The notes: a model not told the origin generated them from the letters alone. A DNA stretch of 64,000 nucleotides from an uncultured Porticoccaceae bacterium (GCA_965662525.1 CBFIHQ010000001.1:52535-116534); one strand, 5' to 3'. Positions 1-12,539 are shown, numbered from the stretch's first letter. Made by a program: numbers and translations.

Positions 1-474
1 ATCAACTTAGCCTTAACTACCGGTGCGATTGTTCTTGGTTTTAATGTTCGAGCCTCAAGTGTTGCCCGCCAGTTAGCAGAAAAAGAGCAAATTGAAGTCA
101 GATACTACAGTGTGATCTACAACCTTCTTGATGAAGTGAAGCAAGCATTGTCTGGGATGTTGGCGCCGGAAACTAAAGAAGAAATTGTTGGTATTGCCGA
201 AGTCCGAGATGTATTTAGGTCGCCTAAGTTTGGTGCTATTGCTGGCTGTATGGTGACTGAAGGCGTTGTTTATCGCAACAAGCCAATCCGCGTACTGCGC
301 GATAATATAGTCATCTATCAAGGCGAATTAGAGTCACTTAGACGCTTTAAAGACGATGCGCAAGAGGTCCGCAACGGTATGGAGTGTGGTATCGGAGTGA
401 AAGATTACAACGATGTTAAACCGGGCGATCAAATCGAAGTTTATGATATTACTCAGGTGCAGCGCTCTCTATAA
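1..474 (+). CDS. infB: Translation initiation factor IF-2, 3' part (5'-truncated by window)
   Basis: Frame open from base 1 ([18 protein letters not shown]...); C-terminal IF-2 motifs [22 protein letters not shown]; followed by rbfA-truB-rpsO-pnp. Confidence 0.98.
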   Translation: MNLALTTGAIVLGFNVRASSVARQLAEKEQIEVRYYSVIYNLLDEVKQALSGMLAPETKEEIVGIAEVRDVFRSPKFGAIAGCMVTEGVVYRNKPIRVLRDNIVIYQGELESLRRFKDDAQEVRNGMECGIGVKDYNDVKPGDQIEVYDITQVQRSL

Positions 475-488
475 AGAGTGCTAAACAT

Positions 489-869
489 ATGCCAAAAGAA
501 TTTTCACGGTCGGAACGTGTTTCCGATGCGGTTCAAAGAGAGTTAGCATCATTGATACGTCAGCATGTTCGGGATCCGCGCGTGGGGATGACTAGTGTTA
601 CCGATGTAACGGTTACCCGTGATCTGGCGATTGCAAAAGTCTATGTTGCCTTTGTGGGTGAGCGAACTTCTGAGCAAATTAAACAAGGTCTTGATGCCCT
701 TAATGGAGCCTCGGGTTACCTTAGAAAACTTCTATCCTCAAGTATCGCATTACGCGCCACGCCAAAACTTAACTTCTTCTATGATGAGACTGGACAGCGC
801 AGCCAGCATCTAGATGCCTTGATTGATTTAGCTATCTCCTCGGATAATAGTAATCAAGAGGAATCCTAA
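489..869 (+). CDS. rbfA: Ribosome-binding factor A
   Basis: RSERVSDAVQRELA, DPRV, TRDLAIAKVY, PKLNFFYD motifs; operon context. Confidence 0.97.
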   Translation: MPKEFSRSERVSDAVQRELASLIRQHVRDPRVGMTSVTDVTVTRDLAIAKVYVAFVGERTSEQIKQGLDALNGASGYLRKLLSSSIALRATPKLNFFYDETGQRSQHLDALIDLAISSDNSNQEES

Positions 870-871
870 AT

Positions 872-1816
872 TTGGGTCGTCGTCGCAAATCTGGTCGATC
901 AGTTAATGGAGTCCTGCTTCTCAATAAACCTATTGGATTGACATCTAACAAAGTATTACAAAAAGTCAGATGGTTATTTGATGCCAATAGAGCCGGTCAT
1001 ACTGGCGCACTTGATCCTCTTGCTTCTGGTGTTCTTCCGCTGTGTTTTGGTGAAGCCACCAAATTTAGTCAATATCTCCTTGATTCGGATAAATACTATC
1101 GCAGTACCTATACCCTAGGTATAAGCACTACAACTGGTGATAGTGAGGGTGAAGTAATTTCGCAACAGGATGCGTCTAATATCACCTTGCAACAGGTGCA
1201 AGATAAAATACAGGGTTTTCAGGGAGAGATAGATCAAGTGCCCTCAATGTATTCTGCCCTTAAGCACAATGGTCAGCCGTTGTATAAGTTAGCTAGGCAG
1301 GGAATAGAAATAGATCGCCCTGCACGACAGATTACAATCTTTGATTATCAGATTATTGATTTTAGACCCGGCACTAATGCCAAAGTCGATGTTGAAGTTC
1401 ACTGCAGCAAAGGCACCTACATTAGAACATTGGCAGAAGATTTAGGCGCAGCTCTAGGTTGTGGCGCTCATGTTAGTGCATTGCATCGTTTTAGAGCAGG
1501 TCCTTTTGATGAGCAGCAAACAATTTCCCTTGAAGAGCTAGAAAAACTAAGAAAACAGGGTTCTGTAGAGCAACTAGACCAGCTATTAAAGCCGGTAGAT
1601 ACACCGGTTAGCAACTATCCGGCAGTGGAGTTTGATCAAATAATGGCTGGATATTTTCAATTGGGACAGGAAATTAGCTCAAATAAAGCCTTTCACCAAG
1701 GGCAAGAAGGCGATATAGTGCGCGTCTTTCGTGAAGGTGGTACGTTCCTGGGTATAGGAACTGTTACAGAAGATGGCAAAATTGCCCCTAAACGTTTAAT
1801 TGTTGAGGACGCCTAA
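872..1816 (+). CDS. truB: tRNA pseudouridine(55) synthase
   Basis: GHTGALDPLASG, PSMYSALK, CSKGTYIRTL motifs; TTG start. Confidence 0.98.
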   Translation: MGRRRKSGRSVNGVLLLNKPIGLTSNKVLQKVRWLFDANRAGHTGALDPLASGVLPLCFGEATKFSQYLLDSDKYYRSTYTLGISTTTGDSEGEVISQQDASNITLQQVQDKIQGFQGEIDQVPSMYSALKHNGQPLYKLARQGIEIDRPARQITIFDYQIIDFRPGTNAKVDVEVHCSKGTYIRTLAEDLGAALGCGAHVSALHRFRAGPFDEQQTISLEELEKLRKQGSVEQLDQLLKPVDTPVSNYPAVEFDQIMAGYFQLGQEISSNKAFHQGQEGDIVRVFREGGTFLGIGTVTEDGKIAPKRLIVEDA

Positions 1817-1897
1817 TCTTAAAAATAGGTATTCTCGTAAAGAATTTGAGACTGTCTGAGTGGACACTCAAAATCGACTAAAATAGTCGATACAGGT

Positions 1898-1970
1898 AGG
1901 TTGTCTGTAATTATGCACGGGCATCCTGAATTCAATCATTGCATATTGGAGTAATGACCATGGCACTAAG
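1898..1970 (+). promoter_or_regulatory. Probable S15 (rpsO) autoregulatory leader (hairpin/pseudoknot)
   Basis: Stem AGG-T-TGTCTGT/ACGGGCA-T-CCT; loop AATTATGC can pair with GCACTAA just inside the rpsO CDS, as in the E. coli S15 leader pseudoknot. Confidence 0.6.
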
Positions 1971-2229
1971 TGCAGAAGAGAAAGCAAAAATCGTAGCAGA
2001 GTATGGGCAAGGGGAAAATGATACAGGATCCCCAGAAGTTCAGGTTGCACTGTTAACTGAAAACATCAACAAGCTTCAAGGCCATTTCGGCGATCACAAA
2101 AAAGATAACCATTCACGTCGCGGATTAATTCGTATGGTTAATCAACGTCGTAAATTGTTAGATTATCTTAAAGCTAATAAAGCAGAGCGTTACAGCGCTG
2201 TGATTAAAAAGCTTGGTCTACGTAGGTAA
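1960..2229 (+). CDS. rpsO: 30S ribosomal protein S15
   Basis: [28 protein letters not shown]; ATG at 1960 after GGAG gives the canonical 89 aa. Confidence 0.98.
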   Translation: MALSAEEKAKIVAEYGQGENDTGSPEVQVALLTENINKLQGHFGDHKKDNHSRRGLIRMVNQRRKLLDYLKANKAERYSAVIKKLGLRR

Positions 2230-2295
2230 TCACTTAGCTGTGCGGCTCTGTATTCAAATGCCGAGCCGCAATTTTAAGCGACTTACTATATATAT

Positions 2296-2395
2296 CCTGA
2301 AAAATGTCAGACAACAGCTGATCGAGTTACTTATAGCCATCTAAATAGGTGGCTATAAGTAACCCGAGCAGCATAAAAAATGACAGAGATTCAGG
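2296..2395 (+). promoter_or_regulatory. Long stem-loop in pnp leader (probable RNase III processing site)
   Basis: GTTACTTATAGCCATCT-AAAT-AGGTGGCTATAAGTAAC (17 bp, one G-U) extended by GCTG/CAGC, TGTCA/TGACA and CCTGAA/TTCAGG arms; same position as the RNase III stem of E. coli pnp. Confidence 0.7.
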
Positions 2396-2423
2396 TAAAA
2401 CTTAAATATTTAAAGGTAAAACT

Positions 2424-4550
2424 ATGAACCCTGTAATTAAAACATTTCAATACGGTAAACATACCGTAACACTTGAAACAGGTCGTGTTGCTAGACAGGC
2501 AACCGGTGCTGTTTTATGTTCTATCGATCAAACCACAGTGCTTTGTACTGTAGTTGGCGCAAAAACTGCTAAAGCGGATATAGATTTTTTCCCACTTGGC
2601 GTTCACTATCAAGAAAAAGCTTATGCAGCAGGTAAGATTCCCGGTGGTTTTTTTAAGCGCGAAGCTCGACCTAGTGAAAAAGAAACGCTAACTTCACGTC
2701 TAATCGACCGTCCGATCCGTCCACTATTTCCAAATGGATTTAAAAACGAAGTTCAGGTTATCTGTACGGTAATTTCGGCAGAAAAAGATATTGATCCAGA
2801 TATAGCGGCAATGATTGGTACCTCGGCGGCACTTTCCATTTCAGGTATTCCATTTAATGGCCCCGTCGGCGGTGCTAGAGTTGGCTACTCTAATGAAGAA
2901 GGCTATATTCTTAATCCAACTTACAGTGATCTTGAAAGCTCATCCCTGGATATGGTGGTTGCCGGTACTAAAGACGCAGTATTGATGGTTGAATCAGAAG
3001 CAAAAGAGCTATCTGAAGATATTATGCTAGGTGGTGTTCTATTTGCTCACCAAGAAATGCAAACCGTTATCAGTGTTATCGAGGAATTAGCTGCAGAAAC
3101 TGGCAAGCCTCGCTGGGATTGGCAGGCGGAAGAAAAAAATATTGATTTGGTAAATGCTCTATCAGCGGTTGTTGCCAGCGATTTAGATGCAGCCTATCAG
3201 GTTGTTAACAAACAAGAGCGTTCAGCAAAAATTGCTGAGCTTAAAGATGCAGCAATAGCTCAATTATCAGCTGATGATCAGTTCCCAGAAGATGAGTTGA
3301 AAGATGCATTTAAGCAGCTTGAAAAAGATATTGTACGTGGGCGCATTATTCGTGGCGAACCGCGAATTGACGGACGTGATACTACAACTGTTCGTGGCAT
3401 CAATGTTGAAGTTGACGTATTAGATCGTGTACATGGTTCTGCTTTGTTTACTCGTGGTGAAACTCAGGCATTGGTAGCTGCTACTTTGGGTTCGACCAGA
3501 GATGCACAGATGATTGATGCCCTTGAAGGCCGTCGTGATGATCCATTTATGTTGCATTACAACTTCCCTCCTTACTCGGTAGGTGAGTGTGGTCGTGCTG
3601 GTTTCACTAGCCGCCGTGAAGTAGGTCATGGCCGCCTAGCGCGTCGTGGTATTGCAGCTGTACTTCCAACTGCGGAAGAATTCCCTTATGCGATGCGTGT
3701 AGTGTCAGAGATTACTGAATCAAATGGTTCAAGTTCAATGGCTTCTGTGTGTGGTTCAAGTTTGGCGTTGATGGACGCTGGTGTGCCACTTAAGGCGCCA
3801 GTAGCTGGTATTGCCATGGGTCTTGTTAAAGAAGATGCAGGCTATGCTGTATTAACCGATATCCTTGGTGATGAAGATCATCTTGGCGATATGGACTTTA
3901 AAGTAGCTGGTACTTCTGATGGTATTACTGCTCTACAGATGGATATTAAAATTGAAGGTATAACTGAAGAAATTATGGAAATTGCTCTAGAGCAAGCACT
4001 TCATGCTCGAGTTCATATTCTTGGTGAAATGAACAAGGTTATTTCTAAGAGCCGAAGTGAAGTCGCTGAATCTGCACCTAAGATGGGTACTATGCAGATT
4101 GATTCCGATAAAATCCGTGACGTTATCGGTAAAGGCGGTGCAACTATTCGCGGTCTATGTGAAGAGCATAACTCAACTATTGATATTACTGATGATGGTG
4201 AGGTTAAAATCTATTCAGAAGATTCAGCATCACTGAATGCTGCTATGGATGCTGTGACAGCAATTGTAGCTGATCCAGAGCCAGGTACTATTTACGACGG
4301 TAAGGTTGTTCGTATTGTTGATTTTGGTGCCTTTGTTAACTTTATGCCGGGTACAGACGGTCTAGTGCATATTTCTCAAATCGCAGATAAGCGTGTTGAG
4401 AAGGTGACTGATTATTTAAGTGAAGGACAAGATGTCCGCGTTAAGGTACTTGAAATTGATAACCGTGGTCGAGTGAAGCTATCGATTAAAGAAGCTCAGC
4501 TTGAAGAAGGCGGTGCTGCTGAAGAACCTGCGGCAACTACTGAAGACTAG
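2424..4550 (+). CDS. pnp: Polyribonucleotide nucleotidyltransferase (PNPase)
   Basis: [40 protein letters not shown] and S1 domains. Confidence 0.99.
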   Translation: MNPVIKTFQYGKHTVTLETGRVARQATGAVLCSIDQTTVLCTVVGAKTAKADIDFFPLGVHYQEKAYAAGKIPGGFFKREARPSEKETLTSRLIDRPIRPLFPNGFKNEVQVICTVISAEKDIDPDIAAMIGTSAALSISGIPFNGPVGGARVGYSNEEGYILNPTYSDLESSSLDMVVAGTKDAVLMVESEAKELSEDIMLGGVLFAHQEMQTVISVIEELAAETGKPRWDWQAEEKNIDLVNALSAVVASDLDAAYQVVNKQERSAKIAELKDAAIAQLSADDQFPEDELKDAFKQLEKDIVRGRIIRGEPRIDGRDTTTVRGINVEVDVLDRVHGSALFTRGETQALVAATLGSTRDAQMIDALEGRRDDPFMLHYNFPPYSVGECGRAGFTSRREVGHGRLARRGIAAVLPTAEEFPYAMRVVSEITESNGSSSMASVCGSSLALMDAGVPLKAPVAGIAMGLVKEDAGYAVLTDILGDEDHLGDMDFKVAGTSDGITALQMDIKIEGITEEIMEIALEQALHARVHILGEMNKVISKSRSEVAESAPKMGTMQIDSDKIRDVIGKGGATIRGLCEEHNSTIDITDDGEVKIYSEDSASLNAAMDAVTAIVADPEPGTIYDGKVVRIVDFGAFVNFMPGTDGLVHISQIADKRVEKVTDYLSEGQDVRVKVLEIDNRGRVKLSIKEAQLEEGGAAEEPAATTED

Positions 4551-4568
4551 TATTTCAGTAAATGCCTG

Positions 4569-4608
4569 AAAAAGCCCTCATTGATCTAATCACTGGGGGC
4601 TTTTTTTA
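4569..4608. terminator. Bidirectional intrinsic terminator between pnp and recN
   Basis: AAAAAGCCCTCA...TGGGGGCTTTTTTTT, A-run and T-run flanking a hairpin between convergent genes. Confidence 0.85.
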
Positions 4609-4610
4609 TA

Positions 4611-6284
4611 CTATGCATGAGCCAGATCAAATAATTCAGCAGCATGAGAAAGCGTTTGTTGGGTAACTTTAGCACCGCCAAGCATGCGGGCAAGTTCCTC
4701 TATGCGTTGCGTGTTATTGAGATGGACAATAGTTGATTCAGCACTGCTGTTATCAGTAATTTTACTCACCACATAATGTTGGTGAGCATGCGCTGCCACC
4801 TGCGGTTGATGAGTAACACTAATTACCTGTCCTTTCGATCCAAGCTGTTTTAATAGTTTGCCAACAATATCCGCAGTACTGCCGCCAATGCCCACATCAA
4901 CTTCATCAAATACCACTGTAGGTATACTGCTGTTGGCCGCGGCAACCACTTGAATTGCAAGGCTTACGCGAGATAGTTCGCCACCAGACGCTACTTTGGC
5001 TAGGGGTTTATGCCCCTGTCCGGGGTTGGTAGAGATCATTAGTTCAATATCTTCTAACCCATAGGATTTAAAGTTAGTCTCACTTAGCGGTGTCAGCCTA
5101 ACTAATAAATTAGCGCCTTCCATAGACAGCTGCTGCAATTGTTGATTAATGTCCTGCGACATTTTTACCGCACCCTGCTGTCGAATAAGGCTTAGTTTAG
5201 TCGCGGTTTTTTTATATGTAGAAGCTAGTTGATCAACCTGCTGCTGCAGGGCTTCCAGATTTTGGTCGCCGTCAGTAAGTTGCTCAAGCTCTAAAGCCAG
5301 TTCATTAAGTTTATCGCCGAGCTGATGGCTATCCACCCGATGTTTTCGCGCTAGTTGGAAGATAAACCCAAGCTCTTCTTCAATCTGCTGTAGCCGCTGA
5401 GGATTAGCCTCAAAGCGATCAATATGCTGCTCAATGTAGTGAACTGCCTCATCTACCTGGATTAATCCAGACTGCAGTAATTGTTCTGCCTCCGCGAGTG
5501 CCTCAGGTTTATGTTTTAGCTGACTTAAAATAGACAGGCATTGATTAAATCCATCGCGAAGATTAAAGGGTTCGCCCTGATCGCTTATGGCAAGCAGTTT
5601 TTGACTATCTTGAATGAGCTGTTCAGCATTAGCCAAATTTTGTTGTTCCAGTTCTAATTGTTTTAAATAACTAGACTCTAAATTAAATTCCTGTAGTTCC
5701 TCAGCTTGAAACTGTAGAAGATCTCTGCGCGAGATAAGCTCCTCCGATCGCTCTGCTAAATCATGTAATTTCTTTGCCGCGCGGTGCCAATTTTGAAAAT
5801 CAATCGCTACTTGGTCAGCAAGCTCATTGCTATTAGTAAATTCGTCCAATAGTTTGCGATGAGTGTTTCGACGCAGCAAGGATTGATGCTCATGCTGGCT
5901 ATGAAGATCAACTAAGGCATCGCCCAATTGCTGTAATTGTTGCATGGTGCAGGGTTGACCATTGATATAACCCTTAGAGCGACCCTCGATGGTGTATATA
6001 CGCCGCAGTATGCACTGGTCATCCTCACAGAAGTCGTGATCTTCAAGCCATAGTTTTGCTTCGGGTATACCGGATATGTCGAAGCTAGCGGTTATTTGTG
6101 CTCGCTCCTTACCTTGGCGGATGGTACTACTATCCGCACGATCACCTAGCGCCATACTAAGCGCATCTAGTATGAGTGATTTTCCGGCGCCAGTTTCACC
6201 TGTAATAGCCGTTGTGCCTCCTGAAAATTCAATCTCAAGGGTATCGACTAGGGTGTAATTATTAATTGTAATAGACAGTAGCAA
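4611..6284 (-). CDS. recN: DNA repair protein RecN
   Basis: Walker A TGETGAGKS, ASGGELSR signature, FDEVDVGIGG, THQPQVAA; divergent from grpE. Confidence 0.98.
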   Translation of the reverse strand: MLLSITINNYTLVDTLEIEFSGGTTAITGETGAGKSLILDALSMALGDRADSSTIRQGKERAQITASFDISGIPEAKLWLEDHDFCEDDQCILRRIYTIEGRSKGYINGQPCTMQQLQQLGDALVDLHSQHEHQSLLRRNTHRKLLDEFTNSNELADQVAIDFQNWHRAAKKLHDLAERSEELISRRDLLQFQAEELQEFNLESSYLKQLELEQQNLANAEQLIQDSQKLLAISDQGEPFNLRDGFNQCLSILSQLKHKPEALAEAEQLLQSGLIQVDEAVHYIEQHIDRFEANPQRLQQIEEELGFIFQLARKHRVDSHQLGDKLNELALELEQLTDGDQNLEALQQQVDQLASTYKKTATKLSLIRQQGAVKMSQDINQQLQQLSMEGANLLVRLTPLSETNFKSYGLEDIELMISTNPGQGHKPLAKVASGGELSRVSLAIQVVAAANSSIPTVVFDEVDVGIGGSTADIVGKLLKQLGSKGQVISVTHQPQVAAHAHQHYVVSKITDNSSAESTIVHLNNTQRIEELARMLGGAKVTQQTLSHAAELFDLAHA

Positions 6285-6344
6285 GGTAAAAAGTCACCAA
6301 AATAAGGTTAAAAATTATTTTTAGGTGCAAAGCAGAAGATTTCC

Positions 6345-6373
6345 ACTTGAAACTCTGCAACTTGCCCCCATCT
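6345..6373 (+). promoter_or_regulatory. Sigma-32 heat-shock promoter of grpE
   Basis: CTTGAAA-N14-CCCCATCT matches the RpoH consensus. Confidence 0.8.
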
Positions 6374-6432
6374 GTAGTATCAGCGTAAGAACATTTTTTA
6401 TCAACAATCTAAGTGAATTATAAGGAGTTGGC

Positions 6433-7014
6433 GTGTCTCAAGATACTAACCAAGATGATACTGCGACTAAACCACAACAGTCTGAGGTTGAAATGGAAGA
6501 AAAACTTCAAGCTGGGGCCGAAATAGATCAGCCAGAATTGTCCAAAGAGCAGAGTGAAAACCAGGTTGAGGAGCTACAACAAAAACTCAGCACACTAGGC
6601 GAGCAATTATTGCGCGAGCAGGCAGAAATGCAAAATGTGCGCCGACGAGCTCAGCGAGATATTGAGAGCGCGCATAAATACGCGCTAGAAAAGTTTGCCG
6701 GCGAGCTTTTATCTGTCGTTGATAACCTTGAGCGAGCGATTGATGCCATTGATGCAGATGATGAATCGCAAAAAGCTGTTGCAGAGGGATTAGAGTTAAC
6801 CCTTAAAACCTTTATTGAAGTATTGGCTAAATACAACGTAGAGGCAGTTGAGCCCGAGGGGCAACCCTTTGATGCAGAGCTTCATCAAGCGGTTAGTACA
6901 GTGCCTAATAAGGATGTAGAGCCGAATACAGTTATTAATGTATTTCAGAAGGGCTACACCCTTAATGGTCGTCTAATGAGACCCGCCATGGTGGTGGTAT
7001 CAACTTCAGCCTAA
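6433..7014 (+). CDS. grpE: Nucleotide exchange factor GrpE
   Basis: AEMQNVRRR, PFDAELHQAV, QKGYTLNGRLMRPAMV. Confidence 0.98.
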   Translation: MSQDTNQDDTATKPQQSEVEMEEKLQAGAEIDQPELSKEQSENQVEELQQKLSTLGEQLLREQAEMQNVRRRAQRDIESAHKYALEKFAGELLSVVDNLERAIDAIDADDESQKAVAEGLELTLKTFIEVLAKYNVEAVEPEGQPFDAELHQAVSTVPNKDVEPNTVINVFQKGYTLNGRLMRPAMVVVSTSA

Positions 7015-7035
7015 TTGAAAAAATTATTTATCACA

Positions 7036-7067
7036 CCCTTGAAATGGTGAAAAAAGAACCCACATTA
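7036..7067 (+). promoter_or_regulatory. Sigma-32 promoter of dnaK
   Basis: CCCTTGAAA-N14-CCCACATTA upstream of dnaK. Confidence 0.7.
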
Positions 7068-7145
7068 GGGGTAAGTGATTAGAAATTTAAACTTCTGTTA
7101 TTGCACCTTAGATAACAGACTATAGAAAAGTGATGGAGAAAAGTA

Positions 7146-9068
7146 ATGGGAAAAATTATCGGAATTGATTTGGGGACCACCAACTCATGTGTAGCTGTAC
7201 TAGAAGGCGATGCGCCTAAGGTTATTGAAAACGCAGAGGGTGCCCGAACAACCCCATCTGTTATTGCCTATTCAGATGACGGCGAGATTTTAGCGGGTCA
7301 ATCAGCCAAGCGTCAGGCAGTAACTAACCCAGAAAATACAATCTATGCAGTCAAGCGTCTTATTGGTCGCCGTTTTGATGACAAAGTGGTACAAAAAGAC
7401 ATTGATATGGTGCCTTACAAGATTGTTAAAGCAGATAATGGTGATGCTTGGGTAGAGGTTAAAGGCGAAAGCAAGGCTGCGCCTCAGGTTTCTGCTGAAG
7501 TGCTTAAGAAAATGAAGAAGACTGCGGAAGACTATTTGGGTGAAGCAGTGACAGAAGCGGTAATTACTGTTCCTGCTTACTTTAATGATTCACAGCGTCA
7601 GGCAACCAAAGATGCGGGTCGTATTGCTGGTCTTGATGTTAAGCGTATCATCAATGAACCAACGGCTGCAGCACTGGCTTATGGCATTGATAAGAGTGAA
7701 GGCGATAGCGTTATTGCCGTCTATGATTTGGGTGGTGGTACATTCGATATCTCAATTATTGAAATTGCTGATGTTGACGGTGAAAAACAATTTGAAGTAT
7801 TGGCGACAAATGGTGATACCTTCTTAGGTGGTGAAGATTTTGATTTACGTCTAATCGAATATTTGTCAGCAGAATTTAAAGCCGACAGCGGCATTGATCT
7901 AGCGGGTGACCCACTGGCGATGCAGCGTCTTAAAGAAGCTGCTGAAAAGGCCAAAATTGAGCTTTCCTCAAGCACTCAGACCGAAGTTAATCTGCCTTAT
8001 ATCACTGCTGACGCCTCTGGGCCAAAGCACTTGGTGGTAAAGTTGACCAGAGCCAAGCTTGAATCACTAGTTGAAGAGCTAGTTGAGCGTTCGTTGAGCC
8101 CGCTTAAAGTTGCTCTTAAAGATGCAGGCAAATCAGCCTCAGAAATAGATGAGGTTATTCTTGTAGGTGGTCAAACACGTATGCCACTGGTACAGGAAAA
8201 GGTTACAGAATTTTTCGGCAAAGAGCCGCGAAAGGATGTTAATCCGGATGAAGCGGTTGCAGTGGGTGCGTCACTTCAAGGTGCTGTTCTTGCGGGTGAT
8301 GTTACCGATGTTTTATTGCTGGATGTAACGCCATTAAGCCTTGGTATTGAGACTATGGGTGCAGTTGCGACACCGGTGATTGAGAAAAACACCACCATTC
8401 CTACTAAGAAATCGCAGGTTTTCTCAACGGCAGAAGATAACCAAACCGCTGTAACCATTCATGTGGTTCAAGGTGAGCGTAAACAGGCGGCGCAGAATAA
8501 ATCTCTGGGTCGTTTTGATCTGGCTGATATCCCGCCAGCACCGCGCGGTATGCCCCAGATTGAAGTAACCTTTGATATTGATGCTAATGGTATTTTAAAT
8601 GTAAGCGCAAAAGACAAAGCCACTGGCAAAGAACAGTCTATTGTAATTAAAGCGTCTTCAGGTTTATCGGATGATGAAATCGATGCAATGGTAAAAGATG
8701 CAGAAGCCAATGCTGCTGAAGATAAAAAGTTTGAAGAATTAGTTCAGGCGCGAAATACGGCGGACGGTCTTGCTCATGCGGCTAAGAAAACTCTTGAAGA
8801 AGCAGGTGATAAAGCCTCTGATGAAGAAAAGTCAGCTATTGAAGCGGCAATTGCCAAGGTTGAAGAGGTTGTTCAAGGTGATGATAAAGAAGCTATGGAT
8901 GCCGCGGCTAAAGAATTATCTGAAGCCTCAGCAACCCTCGCGCAAAAGCTTTATGCAGAGCAGCAGGCAGAAGCGGGTTCTTCTGCCGAAGCGGGTGAAC
9001 AGCCGGCAGATGATGCTATGGACGCTGAGTTTGAAGAGGTTGATGAGACTCAGAAAGATAGCAAGTAA
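7146..9068 (+). CDS. dnaK: Chaperone DnaK (Hsp70)
   Basis: [33 protein letters not shown]. Confidence 0.99.
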   Translation: MGKIIGIDLGTTNSCVAVLEGDAPKVIENAEGARTTPSVIAYSDDGEILAGQSAKRQAVTNPENTIYAVKRLIGRRFDDKVVQKDIDMVPYKIVKADNGDAWVEVKGESKAAPQVSAEVLKKMKKTAEDYLGEAVTEAVITVPAYFNDSQRQATKDAGRIAGLDVKRIINEPTAAALAYGIDKSEGDSVIAVYDLGGGTFDISIIEIADVDGEKQFEVLATNGDTFLGGEDFDLRLIEYLSAEFKADSGIDLAGDPLAMQRLKEAAEKAKIELSSSTQTEVNLPYITADASGPKHLVVKLTRAKLESLVEELVERSLSPLKVALKDAGKSASEIDEVILVGGQTRMPLVQEKVTEFFGKEPRKDVNPDEAVAVGASLQGAVLAGDVTDVLLLDVTPLSLGIETMGAVATPVIEKNTTIPTKKSQVFSTAEDNQTAVTIHVVQGERKQAAQNKSLGRFDLADIPPAPRGMPQIEVTFDIDANGILNVSAKDKATGKEQSIVIKASSGLSDDEIDAMVKDAEANAAEDKKFEELVQARNTADGLAHAAKKTLEEAGDKASDEEKSAIEAAIAKVEEVVQGDDKEAMDAAAKELSEASATLAQKLYAEQQAEAGSSAEAGEQPADDAMDAEFEEVDETQKDSK

Positions 9069-9099
9069 GTAAGGGATAGAGTAATTTTTTATTTCTCTT

Positions 9100-9137
9100 A
9101 GGCGCGAACATAGTTTCGCGCCTTTATTTATTTTTTC
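9100..9137 (+). terminator. Hairpin/partial terminator between dnaK and dnaJ
   Basis: AGGCGCGAA-CATAGT-TTCGCGCCT followed by a T-rich tract. Confidence 0.7.
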
Positions 9138-9155
9138 TAGGAACAAAAGCTAGTT

Positions 9156-10280
9156 ATGGCAAAACGCGATTACTACGAAATTTTGGGCGTGGATAAGTCG
9201 GCCTCTGATCAAGAAATTAAGAAGGCTTTTCGTCGCGTTGCGATGAAGCACCATCCAGATCGAAATCCAGATGATACGAGCTCGGGTGAAAAATTTAAAG
9301 AGGCTCAAGAGGCCTATGAGATCCTTGGCGATGGCGATAAAAAAGCAGCCTATGACCGCTTTGGTCACGCTGGTGTAGATGGCAGTGCTGGCGGCGGTGG
9401 AGGTGGATTTGGCGGCGCTGGGTTTGGTGATGCATTTGGTGACGTATTTGGCGATATTTTTGGTGGCGGCGGTCGTAGATCAGGTCCTGCCAGAGGCGCT
9501 GATCTTCGCTACGATCTGCAGCTAGATTTAGAGGATGCGGTCAAAGGTAAGACCATTAAAATTGATGTGCCAAGGTCAGTTCACTGTGATACCTGTGACG
9601 GATCTGGTGCGCGGCCAGGTTCATCCCCTGTAACCTGCGGAACCTGTGGCGGTTCTGGTCAGGTGCGCATGTCTCAAGGTTTTTTTCAGGTTCAACAAAC
9701 CTGTCCTAATTGTGGCGGTACTGGGCAAATCATTGCTGATCCCTGTGTTGATTGTCACGGGCGCGGTGTTCGAGAAGAGTACACAAAACTATCTGTGAAA
9801 ATCCCTCCCGGAGTGGATACCGGTGACCGTATTCGTCTTGGTGGCAAAGGAGAAGCTGGGCCCAATGGTGGTCCAGTTGGGGATCTTTATGTTCAGGTTC
9901 ATGTTAGAGAGCACGCAATATTTGTCCGCGATGGTAGTCACTTACACTGTGAGGTTCCTATAAGCTTTGCACAGGCAGCCCTTGGTGGAGTGTTAGAGGT
10001 TCCTACATTAACGGGTAAGGTTAAGCTTAAAATTCCGGCAGAGACTCAGAGTGGCAAAGTATTTCGCTTGCGTGGCAAAGGGGTGGCTCCAGTGCGTGGA
10101 GGGGCTACAGGTGATCTATTATGTCGGGTGGTTTTAGAGACTCCTATTAATCTCAGCGAAAATCAGCGTGAATTGCTAGAGAGCTTTGATAAAAGCCTTA
10201 TGGGCAAAGGGAAACACTCTCCCAGAACCTCAAGTTGGTTTGATGGCGTGAAAAAATTCTTCGATAATCTTACCGGTTAG
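9156..10280 (+). CDS. dnaJ: Chaperone DnaJ
   Basis: J-domain HPD, G/F-rich region, four CxxCxGxG repeats. Confidence 0.99.
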   Translation: MAKRDYYEILGVDKSASDQEIKKAFRRVAMKHHPDRNPDDTSSGEKFKEAQEAYEILGDGDKKAAYDRFGHAGVDGSAGGGGGGFGGAGFGDAFGDVFGDIFGGGGRRSGPARGADLRYDLQLDLEDAVKGKTIKIDVPRSVHCDTCDGSGARPGSSPVTCGTCGGSGQVRMSQGFFQVQQTCPNCGGTGQIIADPCVDCHGRGVREEYTKLSVKIPPGVDTGDRIRLGGKGEAGPNGGPVGDLYVQVHVREHAIFVRDGSHLHCEVPISFAQAALGGVLEVPTLTGKVKLKIPAETQSGKVFRLRGKGVAPVRGGATGDLLCRVVLETPINLSENQRELLESFDKSLMGKGKHSPRTSSWFDGVKKFFDNLTG

Positions 10281-10304
10281 AGTAGAGTTACCCATAATAA
10301 TTAA

Positions 10305-11126
<822 letters not shown>

Positions 11127-11177
11127 TTTTTTTAGTCCCAAAAATATAAAATTTAGTTAAAAAAAATTCATCAGTGA

Positions 11178-11313
11178 TGGACAAAACAGGTCTGTTTACC
11201 CTAAAATGCATTCTCAGATCCGTTAACTAATAACGGTACTGGTCCGAGAGGTTGTTATACTGAATATTTCTTATAAAAGCGAGATGAGACAAATGGTCCC
11301 ATCTCGTTTTTTT
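11178..11313 (+). promoter_or_regulatory. carA promoter and leader terminator (putative attenuator)
   Basis: TGGACA ... TAAAAT promoter-like pair, then AAAAGCGAGATG-N-CATCTCGTTTTTTT hairpin with U-tract about 65 nt before the carA start. Confidence 0.6.
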
Positions 11314-11378
11314 GCAAATAATCAAAAGGCTTTTCGGTTTTTCCTACCAGATAGACTTATTATAATTTAGGAGGTTGT

Positions 11379-12515
11379 GTGAATTCACAGACCAATCGGG
11401 AGGCTGTTCTTGCGCTCGCAGATGGAACAATTTTCAGAGGTACCGCTATTGGTGCTGAAGGTCAATCTATTGGTGAAGTGGTTTTTAATACTGCATTAAC
11501 AGGTTACCAAGAAATTCTCACAGATCCCTCATATGCCAATCAAATTGTTACTCTTACGTACCCTCATATAGGTAATGTCGGTGTTAACAGTGAAGATCAG
11601 GAGTCCGATCAAATTTGGGCTGCCGGGTTAGTTATTCGCGATTTGCCGCTGATGGTTTCTAACTTTCGCAGTGAGCAAAGTTTAGATCAGTATCTTGCGC
11701 ATCACGGTATTGTCGGTATAGCGGATATAGATACCAGAAAACTTACGCGCATTTTGCGTGAAACAGGTGCGCAAAGCGGTTGCATCTTCGTAGGTGAAAT
11801 CGATGAGCAAAAAGCTGTTCAAGCGGCTAAACAGTTCCCTGGCCTTAAGGGTATGGATTTGGCAAAACAGGTCACCACCACCGAAGCTTATCAATGGCAG
11901 CAAAAGAGCTGGCAAATAGGCCAAGGCTATCAGCAGCAAGACGCGTTTAAATTTAAAGTCGTGGCCTATGATTTTGGGGTTAAGCAAAATATTTTACGCA
12001 TGTTGGTTGATAGAGGCTGTGATTTAACGGTTGTTCCTGCTCAAACGCCGTCTAGTGAAGTCTTAGCGATGAATCCTGATGGCGTATTTCTTTCAAATGG
12101 TCCAGGCGATCCAGAGCCATGCGAATATGCGATTGAGGCAATTACAGAATTATTGAAGACAGATATACCGCTCTTTGGCATCTGTTTAGGTCACCAGTTG
12201 CTCGCCTTAGCTTCTGGCGCAAAAACTGGAAAGATGAAATTTGGCCACCATGGCGCCAATCATCCGGTAGAAGATATCGCCAACAAAACAGTAATGATCA
12301 CCAGCCAAAACCACGGTTTTGCCGTTGAGGAAGAGGGGTTGCCAAGTTGTTTAAAAGCAACTCATCGCTCGCTGTTTGATGGTTCTCTGCAAGGTATCCA
12401 CCGCACAGATAAACCTGCATTTAGTTTTCAGGGGCACCCTGAAGCAAGCCCTGGTCCCCATGATGCGGCACCATTATTTGATCACTTTATAGAATTGATG
12501 GAGGCTAGACGTTAA
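11379..12515 (+). CDS. carA: Carbamoyl-phosphate synthase small subunit
   Basis: [32 protein letters not shown]. Confidence 0.99.
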   Translation: MNSQTNREAVLALADGTIFRGTAIGAEGQSIGEVVFNTALTGYQEILTDPSYANQIVTLTYPHIGNVGVNSEDQESDQIWAAGLVIRDLPLMVSNFRSEQSLDQYLAHHGIVGIADIDTRKLTRILRETGAQSGCIFVGEIDEQKAVQAAKQFPGLKGMDLAKQVTTTEAYQWQQKSWQIGQGYQQQDAFKFKVVAYDFGVKQNILRMLVDRGCDLTVVPAQTPSSEVLAMNPDGVFLSNGPGDPEPCEYAIEAITELLKTDIPLFGICLGHQLLALASGAKTGKMKFGHHGANHPVEDIANKTVMITSQNHGFAVEEEGLPSCLKATHRSLFDGSLQGIHRTDKPAFSFQGHPEASPGPHDAAPLFDHFIELMEARR

Positions 12516-12539
12516 GCGTCTGGACTGAGTAGCGACCCT

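Noticed and set aside
459-484. CIRCE-like GCAGCGCTC-N8-GAGTGCTAA before rbfA
   Set aside because: Left arm is degenerate and inside infB, spacer is 8 not 9, no hrcA in the window, and the heat-shock genes have sigma-32 promoters
7585-9368. Several antisense and alternate-frame ORFs over dnaK/dnaJ
   Set aside because: Shadow ORFs from codon bias in highly conserved genes; fragmented, with no motifs or RBS
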